A DNA stretch of 64,000 nt from Candidatus Obscuribacteraceae bacterium (lineage in GTDB: Bacteria; Cyanobacteriota; Vampirovibrionia; Obscuribacterales; Obscuribacteraceae). The DNA lies in the NCBI GenBank assembly GCA_044229845.1, contig JBGASG010000001.1, forward strand, positions 416,001-480,000, read 5' to 3'. Under the pieces are notes generated by a model. That model saw nothing but the letters and a program-made list of their open reading frames with translations. It was not told the DNA's origin and ran no database searches. Shown piece by piece: positions 19,139-28,637 of this stretch (position 1 is the stretch's first letter; each line of letters begins with the position of its first letter). Position numbers and translations under genes: made by a program.

Positions 19139-19573
19139 ATGTCCGATCAGCCCGACAAGAGCATGTGGGAGAGATGGTGCCAGAACAGTGGCTGGGATCA
19201 AGAGTCAGCGCAGGCGAGCGCCGCTCGGCGGTATTTTGCATTGCATTGGGAAGAGGCGTTGGTTCCCGACGACACGAAGCTTATGGCTGAGCAGTTGACC
19301 GCGCTGCGTGAAATGGTGACGCGATTGGCGCAGGAGGTCACCGCAATGCAGCGGGTGTTGCGCGACCACAATCTGCTCGATAATTACGAGCAAGAGATGT
19401 TGCGCACCATGAGTCACGATCACGGTGGAGCCGGCGCCGAGCCGTGGACGCGCTACACGACATACAGGTTGCTGTTACCCGAGTCTGAATATCTGGAAGA
19501 AACTTTGCGGTGCAGCGAAGAAGACCGGCAAGCTTTCGCGGCAAACATCGAGGCGCAGATGCGCCTTACCTGA
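19139..19573 (+). CDS. Hypothetical protein
   Basis: GGAG RBS; 144 aa with a coiled-coil-like middle. Confidence 0.65.
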   Translation: MSDQPDKSMWERWCQNSGWDQESAQASAARRYFALHWEEALVPDDTKLMAEQLTALREMVTRLAQEVTAMQRVLRDHNLLDNYEQEMLRTMSHDHGGAGAEPWTRYTTYRLLLPESEYLEETLRCSEEDRQAFAANIEAQMRLT

Positions 19574-19586
19574 AACAGCGATAGCA

Positions 19587-19952
19587 TCACGTCTGAAACA
19601 GCGGCGCATACTCATCGGACCGCAAGCCGAATGTCCAGGCTACCGCCTCTCTGGCGGTGGTGACAGTGGACGGCACCCTGAGGAAGTAATCGCGATGCCG
19701 CCCATCCGGTTCGGGCGTCGAGTTGACCACGTGCACCAGTTTTTGCACCGGGTCGCCGTCTATCTGATAGAGGGTGCCGCAGTCATCGCTAGCCACCGGA
19801 TAAGCTTTCTTCTCGCGCCAGTAGCGCACCAGTCCGAATCGTTCGGCCATCAGCAATCTGGCGCCGGGGTCAGGCTGGGCGTCGATATCGCCGATGGTGT
19901 CGCCGATTTTCATCCATTTGCGGAGAAACGTTATATCCATAATCCAATCCAC
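19587..19952 (-). CDS. Standalone 'VVNSTPEPDG...YFLRVP...AREAVAWTFG' domain, like the C-terminal region of DUF6745-type proteins
   Basis: Motifs seen directly; GGAG RBS. Confidence 0.75.
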   Translation of the reverse strand: MDWIMDITFLRKWMKIGDTIGDIDAQPDPGARLLMAERFGLVRYWREKKAYPVASDDCGTLYQIDGDPVQKLVHVVNSTPEPDGRHRDYFLRVPSTVTTAREAVAWTFGLRSDEYAPLFQT

Positions 19953-19965
19953 TCCACTTCTCGCG

Positions 19966-20343
19966 CTAATCCATGTATTGCTCCCAGTACGCGTACTGAT
20001 CGTTGCTCTGAACGTCGGTTACCGGAGACGACTTAGTTGCCTCTGGTTCGGGTTTGGACGCTTCTGTGTATTGCTGCTGCTGGATGACGCGATAGACGCC
20101 TTTCGGAATCAGAATCGGATTGTGCTCCTCATGAACAAGTCGTGCGTCCTCTTCGAGCCACAGATACCGTTTTCCGCCGAACTTACTCAGGAGCGCAGCC
20201 GCGCACTGAATGCGGTGCGCGTGTCCAGTGCGCTCACCGACGGCGAGTACGATGTCTGTCCCTTGTGTTTCCGCCAGTGAGAATTGCGGACGCACCACCG
20301 CTTCATCGAGAAGAATGTCTCCCTGTCTGTATTGTCGCTTCAT
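19966..20343 (-). CDS. Conserved His-motif protein (YRQGD...GExTGHxH...HEEH), the usual partner of DUF6745-type genes
   Basis: Motifs seen directly; GGAGG RBS. Confidence 0.8.
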   Translation of the reverse strand: MKRQYRQGDILLDEAVVRPQFSLAETQGTDIVLAVGERTGHAHRIQCAAALLSKFGGKRYLWLEEDARLVHEEHNPILIPKGVYRVIQQQQYTEASKPEPEATKSSPVTDVQSNDQYAYWEQYMD

Positions 20344-20406
20344 TTGACCGAGCCTCCAAGCCAGTAAATCTATCCTACGAGTCCGGGCGCGATTCAGGTA
20401 GGTTTC

Positions 20407-20545
20407 TTACTGAACTGCAGCTAGGTTCCTTAGGACTGCGCTTCGCTTGCGTGCTATGGTATGGAAACGGCTTATAGATGCGATATTCGTGGTTCCTTTC
20501 TTTAGATTGATGGCGACAGATTATGCTTCTAGTGCAGTTCAGTAA
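20407..20545. promoter_or_regulatory. Pair of 13-bp inverted repeats in a divergent promoter region (candidate WYL-regulator operators)
   Basis: TTACTGAACTGCA at 20407-20419 and TGCAGTTCAGTAA at 20533-20545. Confidence 0.65.
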
Positions 20546-20571
20546 AAACGCTGTCGCTGGTGAGGTGAGGC

Positions 20572-21570
20572 ATGGAAAGAAACGAGCGGCTGGGCACCAT
20601 CATTAAAGTGATCGCCAATCATCCTGGTATAACGCTCAATCAATTGTGCAAAGAACTCGTGCGCGCCGGAGTTCGTGTCACCGAGCGCACGATTGCCAAA
20701 GATATCGTGCTCTTGAAGCACGAATTTGGATTGCTGCCGCAGCGTGAGCGGCTTCGTCAGGGCTATGTGCTCGAAAACATGTGCACGGTCGGCAAAACTG
20801 AAGTGCCGTTGGTTCTCGATGCGTTGCACGTATTCGGGTTTCGTCTCAGTGATGCTGAAGCTATTGCGCTGATTAATAGAATGCGCAGATGGTTCGGCGG
20901 CGACGACGCCGTAGCGTTGCGCCCGACCCGCACGATTCGTCATCGCACAATCTATAAGCAGGGGCGCCAGGCGAAGCAAATTGAGCAGGCACTGTTTGAG
21001 GCGATCCGCAGCCAGGAGGCGGTTTCTATCACTTACGAAACGCCGCGTCTGCGCAAGCCCCAGCAAGCAACGGGGTATCCGCTGCTGATGGTGTTTCATG
21101 AGCGCGCCTGGTATTGCATCATTCGCGACCAGCAAAGCAATACCTATCGCCCGCGGCGATTGGATCGCATCAAGTCGTGCGCGCCGGCGCCGCGTTCGGT
21201 GCCGGCCAATTCTCATCACCTCAGTGATGTCACCGAAGCTGAATACCTTATAAGTTGCGGGTGGGGAATGACTTTTCCACAAAGCCGAAAAGAACTGGAA
21301 GCGGCACTGGCTGCGCCTCCGATTGTGGTTCGTTTCGACAGCTCGGTGGCCGGCTACATTCTGGAGTCGGTGGACCGCCATCCATTTGGAAAAGTCTCGG
21401 CCAGCAAAGATGGAACCGGAGGGGCGCAAATAGAAATCCGGTTGGCTAATCCACGTGAGTTTGTTTTCTGGGTGCGATCGTTCGGCGCGCATGCACGCAT
21501 CGTCAGCCCGCGTTCTTATATAGATGCGGAAGTCGCCGAACTCAAACGAATGCTGGCGACCTATTCGTGA
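20572..21570 (+). CDS. wHTH-WYL-WCX transcriptional regulator
   Basis: N-terminal HTH (VTERTIAKDI), WYL region (FHERAWYC...RLDRI), C-terminal WVRSFGAHARIVSP. Confidence 0.92.
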   Translation: MERNERLGTIIKVIANHPGITLNQLCKELVRAGVRVTERTIAKDIVLLKHEFGLLPQRERLRQGYVLENMCTVGKTEVPLVLDALHVFGFRLSDAEAIALINRMRRWFGGDDAVALRPTRTIRHRTIYKQGRQAKQIEQALFEAIRSQEAVSITYETPRLRKPQQATGYPLLMVFHERAWYCIIRDQQSNTYRPRRLDRIKSCAPAPRSVPANSHHLSDVTEAEYLISCGWGMTFPQSRKELEAALAAPPIVVRFDSSVAGYILESVDRHPFGKVSASKDGTGGAQIEIRLANPREFVFWVRSFGAHARIVSPRSYIDAEVAELKRMLATYS

Positions 21571-21800
21571 GAGTCACACGCGTGCCTTCACAACTCAGTT
21601 GTGGGGCGGATCTGAAGAGATATATCAGACGTAAATTCGACAACTCGATTACGAAAAAATTAGGCTTGTAGCTCCTAATGTCAAGCGGGCGTGAGCAATC
21701 CTTGCATTTACATTTCGATCTTTGTGTTCGTGCGGGTTGTAAGGGTAAGCTAAAGGCTCGTTCGGTACCCGTCCCAGGAATTACAGAAGAAGGCAAGTTT

Positions 21801-23651
21801 ATGAACAAACTGATGCAACCACTGTACGCCCAAGCAACGACCACCTCGAGCTATGAGGTGAAAAGTCGTCGGTTGAGGGAGTGGGTTGCTGAAATTGCCG
21901 CAGTCTGTCAGCCGGATAAAATTCACTGGTGCGATGGCTCGCAAGCCGAGTACGACCGCCTGTGCGAAGAGATGGTTGCCACCGGCACGCTGATTCGCCT
22001 CAACGCCGAGAAGCGCCCGCGCAGTTTCCTGGCTCGCTCGACCAAGGGCGATGTGGCTCGCGTCGAAGAGCGCACCTTCGTCTGCTCGCGTCACTCGGAA
22101 GACGCCGGTCCGAACAACAACTGGATGGAACCGGTCGAAGCCAAATCCACTTTGCTCAGCCTCTTCGAAGGCTGCATGAAGGGACGCACTCTGTATGTTG
22201 TGCCTTTCAGCATGGGTCCGGTCGGCTCACCGCTTTCGATCATCGGCGTCGAACTTACCGACTCGCCGTACGTTGCAGTCAGCATGCGCACCATGACCCG
22301 CATGGGTAAACAAGTCATTGATGCTCTGGGCGAGAGCGAAAACTTCGTCAAGTGCTTGCACTCAGTCGGACATCCGCTCGCAGTCGGTCAGAAAGACGTT
22401 GCATGGCCGAGCAATGACAACGACAAGTACATATGCCATTTCCCTGAGACCGGCGAGATCTGGTCGTACGGATCGGGCTACGGCGGCAATGCGCTGCTCG
22501 GCAAGAAGTGCCTGGCATTGCGCCTGGCATCGGTCATGGGTAAGCGCGAAGGCTGGCTCGCCGAGCACATGTTGATCCTCGGCGTCCAATCACCCCAGGG
22601 CGAGAAGTCGTACGTCGCGGCTGCGTTCCCGTCGGCATGCGGCAAAACCAACTTCGCCATGATGATTCCCCCGAAAGCATTCGACGGTTGGAAAGTCACC
22701 ACTGTTGGTGACGACATCGCGTGGATTCACCCCGGCAGCGATGGTCGTTTCTACGCCATCAACCCGGAAGCTGGTTTCTTCGGTGTCGCCCCCGGCACAT
22801 CTTTGAAAACCAATCCGAATGCGTTGAAGACCCTCGACAGCGACTGCATCTTCACCAACGTCGCGCTCACTCCGGACGGCGATGTGTGGTGGGAGGGTTT
22901 GACCGATGAGAAGCCGGCGTCGTTGATTGACTGGCAAGGCGAAGAGTGGACCCCGGAAAGCGGACGCCCCGCTGCGCATCCGAACAGCCGCTTCACCGTG
23001 TCGTCGAGCCAGTGCCCGTCGCTCGACAGCGAATGGGACAATCCGGAAGGCGTCCCAATTAGCGCCTTCATCTTCGGCGGTCGCCGCGCCAATGTGGTGC
23101 CGCTGGTAGTCGAATCATTCGACTGGAACTTCGGCGTATACCTGGCTGCCACCCTCGGCTCCGAAACCACCGCTGCCGCTGTCGGCAACGTGGGCGAAGT
23201 GCGCCGGGACCCGATGGCGATGTTGCCGTTCTGCGGATACCACATGGGTGATTATTTTCAGCACTGGCTGAGCATGGGACATGCGGTCGCGTCGCAGCCG
23301 AAGATCTTCTGCGTCAACTGGTTCCGCACCGATGAAAACGGCAAGTTTATCTGGCCGGGATTCGGTGAGAACATGCGCGTCTTGAAGTGGATGTTCGAAC
23401 GCATTCACGGCCGCGCCGATGCCGTCCGCACGATGCTTGGCTGGATGCCGCGCTACCAGAACATCGACTGGACCGGACTCGAGTCTTTCACTCGTGAGAA
23501 ATTCGATCTGGTGATGTCGATAGATAAGGAAGTGTGGGACGAAGAGCTCAAGTCGCACAAAACTCTTTTCGAGAAGCTGAAAGAACGGGCACCGAAGGCG
23601 CTCACTTTGATTCGCGCCTCCCTCCAACTCGGCATCGAGCGCACCGACTAG
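21801..23651 (+). CDS. pckG: Phosphoenolpyruvate carboxykinase (GTP)
   Basis: [45 protein letters not shown]. Confidence 0.97.
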   Translation: MNKLMQPLYAQATTTSSYEVKSRRLREWVAEIAAVCQPDKIHWCDGSQAEYDRLCEEMVATGTLIRLNAEKRPRSFLARSTKGDVARVEERTFVCSRHSEDAGPNNNWMEPVEAKSTLLSLFEGCMKGRTLYVVPFSMGPVGSPLSIIGVELTDSPYVAVSMRTMTRMGKQVIDALGESENFVKCLHSVGHPLAVGQKDVAWPSNDNDKYICHFPETGEIWSYGSGYGGNALLGKKCLALRLASVMGKREGWLAEHMLILGVQSPQGEKSYVAAAFPSACGKTNFAMMIPPKAFDGWKVTTVGDDIAWIHPGSDGRFYAINPEAGFFGVAPGTSLKTNPNALKTLDSDCIFTNVALTPDGDVWWEGLTDEKPASLIDWQGEEWTPESGRPAAHPNSRFTVSSSQCPSLDSEWDNPEGVPISAFIFGGRRANVVPLVVESFDWNFGVYLAATLGSETTAAAVGNVGEVRRDPMAMLPFCGYHMGDYFQHWLSMGHAVASQPKIFCVNWFRTDENGKFIWPGFGENMRVLKWMFERIHGRADAVRTMLGWMPRYQNIDWTGLESFTREKFDLVMSIDKEVWDEELKSHKTLFEKLKERAPKALTLIRASLQLGIERTD

Positions 23652-23759
23652 TCCGCGCCTCGCGCCTCGCCTATGCGTATCGCATCGCGCCGACTCGACC
23701 GCGGCATCGCGCCAAACTCGACTCGGGTTGCAATCCGCGCACTCCCTTGATTTTGGGCG

Positions 23760-23871
23760 TTGAACAAAACTGCTCGTTTTCAGGGGTCCAAAAGTTCGAA
23801 AACAGATTAAATCGGGCGGCTTTGAACAAAACTGCTCGTTTGACCCCTTCGAGATGAGCAGTTTTGTTCAA
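23760..23871. repeat. Palindromic REP/MITE-like element
   Basis: TTGAACAAAACTGCTCGTTT direct copies at 23760 and 23822; 16-bp inverted copy at 23856-23871. Confidence 0.75.
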
Positions 23872-24774
23872 TCAACTTTGCGGCATCATCTCGGCGCGAG
23901 GCATCGAGTTGGATCGCATCACTGCCTCGTACGCGATGGAATCAATTTCCGCGAAATATCGTTTGGTGCCCGGGGCTTGTATTCCGACCTCGCGCCCAAG
24001 TGCTGTTAGAAGCGCGTATATCTCGCGCGCGGTGGGTTCGGCTTCGTTCTTTTCAATCCGGGCGACTCTCCAGCGAGACACACCAGTCGCTTCGGAGAGC
24101 TCTGTTCTGCTGTAGCCGGCCTTCTCTCTCAAATCCGAGAGGTTTTTCCCGACGTCCTCGAGGAAATCCGAAAGGCTGACGCTTGATGCAATCGGTTTGC
24201 GTGCCTCGTGGCATGAGACGCACTTGCGAGTCACATTGCGTTTGATAACCGCCAACGCAGCAACGGGATCGACTTTTCGCAGCATCAATTCCTCCGTGTC
24301 GTAATGACTCAAGATGTTCAGGCTGCCGAGCCAGAGGATGCAGCCATCGATGACACCGATTTTCTTGTGAATCTTCCTTACCAGATTGACGTGAATGCCG
24401 CGTTGCTCAAGCAGTTCGATCACCGACTCCAAATCGCGATTGCTTGCCGCCTCGATGGCGTCGCCGTCGCCCTTCCAGTTGCGTGGCATCTGCACGAAGA
24501 CGCACACGCGAATCCCGCGACTGGGCAACTGCAACAACGTATCTTTGAGGTATCTGAGCCGATTCAACTTCGCCCAGCCGCTGAAAACAACGACTGAGAA
24601 TCGTGCCGCATTGATGTCGGCAATGAATTGTTTGTAGAAGCCGTCCTCATCGTACAGGTCGTCACAAGAGATGTCCCAGTCAACGAATGCGTCGCGTGTT
24701 GGAACCATGCCGCTTCCTCCAGCATTCTGCAAGCCTGAGTCAGAGCCGATTTCGTAACTACGGTTGCTCGACAC
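23872..24774 (-). CDS. PLD (single HKD) nuclease-like domain fused to a C-terminal XRE helix-turn-helix
   Basis: HKKIGVID...LGSLN motif, then CxxC, then LREKAGYSRTELSEATGVSRWRVARIEKNE. Confidence 0.85.
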   Translation of the reverse strand: MSSNRSYEIGSDSGLQNAGGSGMVPTRDAFVDWDISCDDLYDEDGFYKQFIADINAARFSVVVFSGWAKLNRLRYLKDTLLQLPSRGIRVCVFVQMPRNWKGDGDAIEAASNRDLESVIELLEQRGIHVNLVRKIHKKIGVIDGCILWLGSLNILSHYDTEELMLRKVDPVAALAVIKRNVTRKCVSCHEARKPIASSVSLSDFLEDVGKNLSDLREKAGYSRTELSEATGVSRWRVARIEKNEAEPTAREIYALLTALGREVGIQAPGTKRYFAEIDSIAYEAVMRSNSMPRAEMMPQS

Positions 24775-24823
24775 GAAGGAGTGTAAGTCGCGGGTGTGAA
24801 TTCGTCGTGTCGTTTCTGTGGAG

Positions 24824-24866
24824 GAAGTGTGGAGTGCGGGAGAAGTGCGGAGTGCGGGGAAGTGCG
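24824..24866. repeat. G-rich tandem repeat (about 2.5 copies of GAAGTGYGGAGTGCGGG)
   Basis: Seen directly upstream of the PLD-HTH gene. Confidence 0.7.
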
Positions 24867-24909
24867 CGGAAAAAGTATGGGGCTTGCGGGGAGGAGACTG
24901 CTGCTCGCG

Positions 24910-25185
24910 CTATATAGGTAGTCCGCGCAATTGCCCGAGCGGATGCTCGTCTTTCCATTTTTTCTCGGCGTCGCGACACTGATCGCAGTATTCGGTTTTG
25001 CGCACTTCCGGCGACTGGTTGGAGACGACGCTACCGCCATCATGGTACGAATTTGCCAGAGGAAATAGCGTTATCTTCGCGTTGCGATACGCTTTCGGAA
25101 CTGACACCAACCCGTAAACAACCGGCACCTCCTCGATCTTGAGGGGGCAGTTGTGTAGGAAACATTGCTTTTGGGCACCACCCAT
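24910..25185 (-). CDS. Small Cys/His-rich (probable Zn-binding) protein, paralog 2
   Basis: CFLH...PVVYG...LFP...GG...YCDQCR; ATG overlaps the upstream stop (TGATG). Confidence 0.75.
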   Translation of the reverse strand: MGGAQKQCFLHNCPLKIEEVPVVYGLVSVPKAYRNAKITLFPLANSYHDGGSVVSNQSPEVRKTEYCDQCRDAEKKWKDEHPLGQLRGLPI

Positions 25186-25637
25186 CAGTTGTCTCTCCCT
25201 GAGGGTGAATCCGGATTCGGACTGTCCAGATCCCGTGCGTCCGGATTCGGTGCGGCGTCCGGATCCAGACCCGGATGAAGATGCCCGCGGTCCATCTTGT
25301 GAAGCGTCCACTCCAGATCCAGTCCCGTTAGCCTCTGACTCGGGTCGGTGGGGATATTGAATCTCTCTTTCAGTGCTCTCAGCGGGTCCTCCGGATTTGC
25401 TTCCTTCCATTCTTTCTCCGCTGCCCGACATTGCTCGCAATAGTGGACGTACATGGTGCGTGGCGAGTCTTTCGAAACACAGCATCCTCCGTTCATGAAG
25501 GAGACTGCCTTCGGGAAAAGTTTGTTTCGTGCGGCGCGATATTCATTGCTCAGGTACCTGAGCCCATATTGAATCGCAACTGGTCCCCGCACGAGCGGAA
25601 CATGATGCAGCGGGCATTCGCCGTTGATCATGTCCAT
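25185..25637 (-). CDS. Small Cys/His-rich (probable Zn-binding) protein, paralog 1, with an acidic Pro/Asp tail
   Basis: CPLH...IQYG...LFP...GGCC...YCEQCR. Confidence 0.75.
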   Translation of the reverse strand: MDMINGECPLHHVPLVRGPVAIQYGLRYLSNEYRAARNKLFPKAVSFMNGGCCVSKDSPRTMYVHYCEQCRAAEKEWKEANPEDPLRALKERFNIPTDPSQRLTGLDLEWTLHKMDRGHLHPGLDPDAAPNPDARDLDSPNPDSPSGRDN

Positions 25638-25856
25638 CGTCTTCCGCACTAAGCCATAGAGCTTGTCGAGCAATTCGTCGATTCTCGTCGGGGAGGAAAG
25701 TGTTGCGTCTGACTCTATCTTAGTAGACAGCTGCTCTATTGTGGTGTCGCCGGTTGGCTTTAATAAACAATCCAAAAGAACGAGCGAGCGATATCTTGCT
25801 CGCTCGCCCACTCGCTCATCATGTGCTGCGCTTCTTGTCTGCGCGGCGCGTCAGGG

Positions 25857-26330
25857 CTATTCCGGCCAGACGACAGGCTGCTCGGATCTGATGCCATCTT
25901 CGAACGTGTCGATATTTAGCGAATTCTGCCGGGCTTGAATACACAAGAAGTAGAGCGGTTCGCTGCCCGAAGTGTTGCGCAGGGAGCGGCTGCCGTCCGT
26001 ATTGACGCGCACGATGGTGCCTTCTTTGACCGGAAAAACTTCGCCGTCAATCTGCATTTGCCCTTCGCCACCAATGAAAATGTACGCCTCTTCGTTTTCC
26101 TTGTGTTGGTGATAAAACGGCACACCGGCGCCGACGGGCAGTTTGTTGAACGAGACCTGCATGCCGGTAAACGCCAGCACGTCTTTTATAAACAGCTTGC
26201 CGCGCACATCGCGATTGAGCGCTGGAACGTGCAGGCGATACTGATCGAGTTCATTCATCGGTCCGAGGTTGACTGCGGAAAAATTCTTGCCGGTGCGGAC
26301 TTCGGCTTCGACTGTTTGGGTAATTGGCAT
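25857..26330 (-). CDS. Cupin-domain protein
   Basis: PFYHQHKENEEAY cupin motif; GGAGG RBS. Confidence 0.9.
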   Translation of the reverse strand: MPITQTVEAEVRTGKNFSAVNLGPMNELDQYRLHVPALNRDVRGKLFIKDVLAFTGMQVSFNKLPVGAGVPFYHQHKENEEAYIFIGGEGQMQIDGEVFPVKEGTIVRVNTDGSRSLRNTSGSEPLYFLCIQARQNSLNIDTFEDGIRSEQPVVWPE

Positions 26331-26403
26331 AATATCCTCCAAGGGAGAAACTATCCAAGCGCTGCAAACGCTCGAAAAGCTCGTCCTTTGCCACTTTGAA
26401 ATT

Positions 26404-26466
26404 TATACCAACCAGTATATAATTGCAGCGGGGGTAATGCAAATGAATTCTGTACCATTCGGTATA
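26404..26466. promoter_or_regulatory. Two TetR operators (TATACC-N4-GGTATA type)
   Basis: TATACCAACCAGTATA at 26404-26419 and TGTACCATTCGGTATA at 26451-26466, between divergent cupin and TetR genes. Confidence 0.7.
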
Positions 26467-26471
26467 AAAGT

Positions 26472-27056
26472 ATGAAGAGAGGACGCCCGCGTGAGTTCGA
26501 CCAGACGCAAGCGCTGGATAAGGCGATGGTGCTCTTCTGGCGCAACGGCTACCGTGGCGTTTCGCTCGACGACCTCACGGAGGCTATGGAGATAACTCGC
26601 CCCAGTCTTTACGGGGCGTTCGGCGACAAGGAGCGGTTGTTTCTGCAAGCCGTCGATCACTATCGCGAAACCGTTTTGCTCCCGCCATTCAAAAGATTGC
26701 TCGAATCGACAGATCTGAAGTCCGGTCTGACGGCGTTCTTCTTGGAATTGACCGAAGTGATGACATGCGGCGACAGACCCGGGTGTTTCATCGCGTGCAT
26801 GCTCAGCCAGGAAAGCGTCGAGTCACCGGCCATCAAAGAAAAGCTGTCCGCTCTGGTGCATGGCGCCGACCTCGGTTTCACAAAGCTCTTCACTCAACAC
26901 AAGGCGCAGCTCAGGCGCGGGCTCGAACCGGAAGATGCGGCGCGGGTGCTCACTTCGGTGTTGCACGGCATCGCCATTCGCGCACGCACCGGTGCTGCTC
27001 CGGAGGAGTTGCGTGTGATCGGAATCGCCGCGCTAAATGCGCTGTGCGCTGACTAG
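26472..27056 (+). CDS. TetR/AcrR family regulator (ComR-like)
   Basis: RGRPREFD...FWRNGY...SLYGAFGDKERLF. Confidence 0.95.
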   Translation: MKRGRPREFDQTQALDKAMVLFWRNGYRGVSLDDLTEAMEITRPSLYGAFGDKERLFLQAVDHYRETVLLPPFKRLLESTDLKSGLTAFFLELTEVMTCGDRPGCFIACMLSQESVESPAIKEKLSALVHGADLGFTKLFTQHKAQLRRGLEPEDAARVLTSVLHGIAIRARTGAAPEELRVIGIAALNALCAD

Positions 27057-27096
27057 CGTGGCTTACAATGGAAGCGTCAGACAAATGGGATAAGCA

Positions 27097-28617
27097 ATGG
27101 TAAATCAGAAAGCAGCGCCGGCCGGCTCGGCGGCGGCCGGTGTGATGGGACGCTTGAAGCGCGGTGACTTGTTTCGTGAAGCAGCTTACATAGATGGCGA
27201 GTGGATTAAAGCCGGCGGCGCCGGTAGCGCCGTGGCGGCAAGCTATGCGGTCACCAACCCGGTCGACAATTCTCAGATAGCGACCATGCCCAGTCTTGGC
27301 GAGGCCGAGACGCGCCGTGCGATTGAAGCAGCCGCCCGGGCATTTTCCGCGTGGCGCGAGCGCAGCGCCAAGGACAGAGCGGCCGTGTTGCGCCGCTGGT
27401 TCAACCTGATTATGGAAAACCAGGATGATCTGGCGATGATACTGACCATCGAACAGGGCAAGCCGCTTGCCGAGGCACGTGGTGAAGTGGCTTATGGAGC
27501 GGCTTTCCTTGAGTGGTTTGCGGAGGAAGGCAAGCGTGTCTACGGCGATGTTGTTCCTGCCGGTAGCGTGCGCCAGAGAATTCTGGTCACAAAACAACCC
27601 GTCGGGGTCTGCGCCGCTATCACGCCCTGGAACTTTCCCAGCGCCATGATCACTCGCAAAGCGGGACCGGCTCTGGCTGCCGGTTGTACGATGGTGCTCA
27701 AGCCGGCCGAAGATACGCCGATGTCGGCGGTGGCACTGGCGGTGCTGGCCGAGGAGGCCGGTGTACCGCCCGGCGTATTCAATGTCGTTACCACCGAAGA
27801 TCCAGCTCCGGTCGGTACGGAGTTGGCTACCAATCCACTGGTGCGCAAGCTTTCGTTTACCGGTTCGACAGCTGTCGGCAAGCTGCTCATGCGGCAAGCA
27901 GCTGACACCGTCAAGAAACTTTCTTTAGAGCTGGGTGGCAACGCACCGTTTCTGGTTTTCGCGGATGCCGATCTGGATGCGGCAGTGAAAGGCGCGGTCA
28001 CCTGCAAGTTTCGCAACAGCGGGCAAACTTGCGTTTGCGTTAATCGCATCTACGTGCAGGACAGCATTTATGAGCAGTTCTCGGCGCGCCTTGCCGAAGC
28101 GGTCGCCAAATTGCAGGTCGGTGACGGCACCGAATCCGGTACCAGTCAGGGACCGCTGATCAATGAGCAGGCGGTGCTCAAGGTTGAGGAGCACATAGCC
28201 GATGCCGTCGGTAAAGGCGCGACTGTCGTCTGCGGCGGCAAACGGCACGGGCGCGGCGGCACATTTTTTGAGCCCACAATCCTCAGTGGAGTGACTGACT
28301 CCATGGTTATAGCCAGGGAAGAAACTTTCGGTCCGGTGGCGCCGTTGTTCCGCTTTTGCGACGAAGCGGAAGCGATCAAGATGGCCAACGATACGGAATT
28401 CGGGTTGGCTTCTTATCTGTACACACGCGATCTAGGGCGCGTCATGCGCGTCAGCGAAGCGCTCGAATACGGCATTGTCGGCGTCAACGAAGGAATAATC
28501 TCCACCGAATCGGCGCCCTTTGGTGGCATGAAGGAATCCGGGCTGGGACGCGAGGGTTCCAAGTACGGCATCGACGAATATCTGGAACTCAAGTACATCT
28601 TGCTCGGCGGGCTCTAG
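27097..28617 (+). CDS. gabD: NAD(P)-dependent succinate-semialdehyde dehydrogenase
   Basis: ITPWNFPSAMITRK, FTGST, LELGGNAP, FRNSGQTCVC, EETFGP, GREGSKYG. Confidence 0.93.
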   Translation: MVNQKAAPAGSAAAGVMGRLKRGDLFREAAYIDGEWIKAGGAGSAVAASYAVTNPVDNSQIATMPSLGEAETRRAIEAAARAFSAWRERSAKDRAAVLRRWFNLIMENQDDLAMILTIEQGKPLAEARGEVAYGAAFLEWFAEEGKRVYGDVVPAGSVRQRILVTKQPVGVCAAITPWNFPSAMITRKAGPALAAGCTMVLKPAEDTPMSAVALAVLAEEAGVPPGVFNVVTTEDPAPVGTELATNPLVRKLSFTGSTAVGKLLMRQAADTVKKLSLELGGNAPFLVFADADLDAAVKGAVTCKFRNSGQTCVCVNRIYVQDSIYEQFSARLAEAVAKLQVGDGTESGTSQGPLINEQAVLKVEEHIADAVGKGATVVCGGKRHGRGGTFFEPTILSGVTDSMVIAREETFGPVAPLFRFCDEAEAIKMANDTEFGLASYLYTRDLGRVMRVSEALEYGIVGVNEGIISTESAPFGGMKESGLGREGSKYGIDEYLELKYILLGGL

Positions 28618-28637
28618 ATCAGAGCGGCAGAGTTCGC

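Noticed and set aside
23760..23871. Repeats as a CRISPR array
   Set aside because: Only two direct copies plus an inverted copy, and no cas genes in the window.
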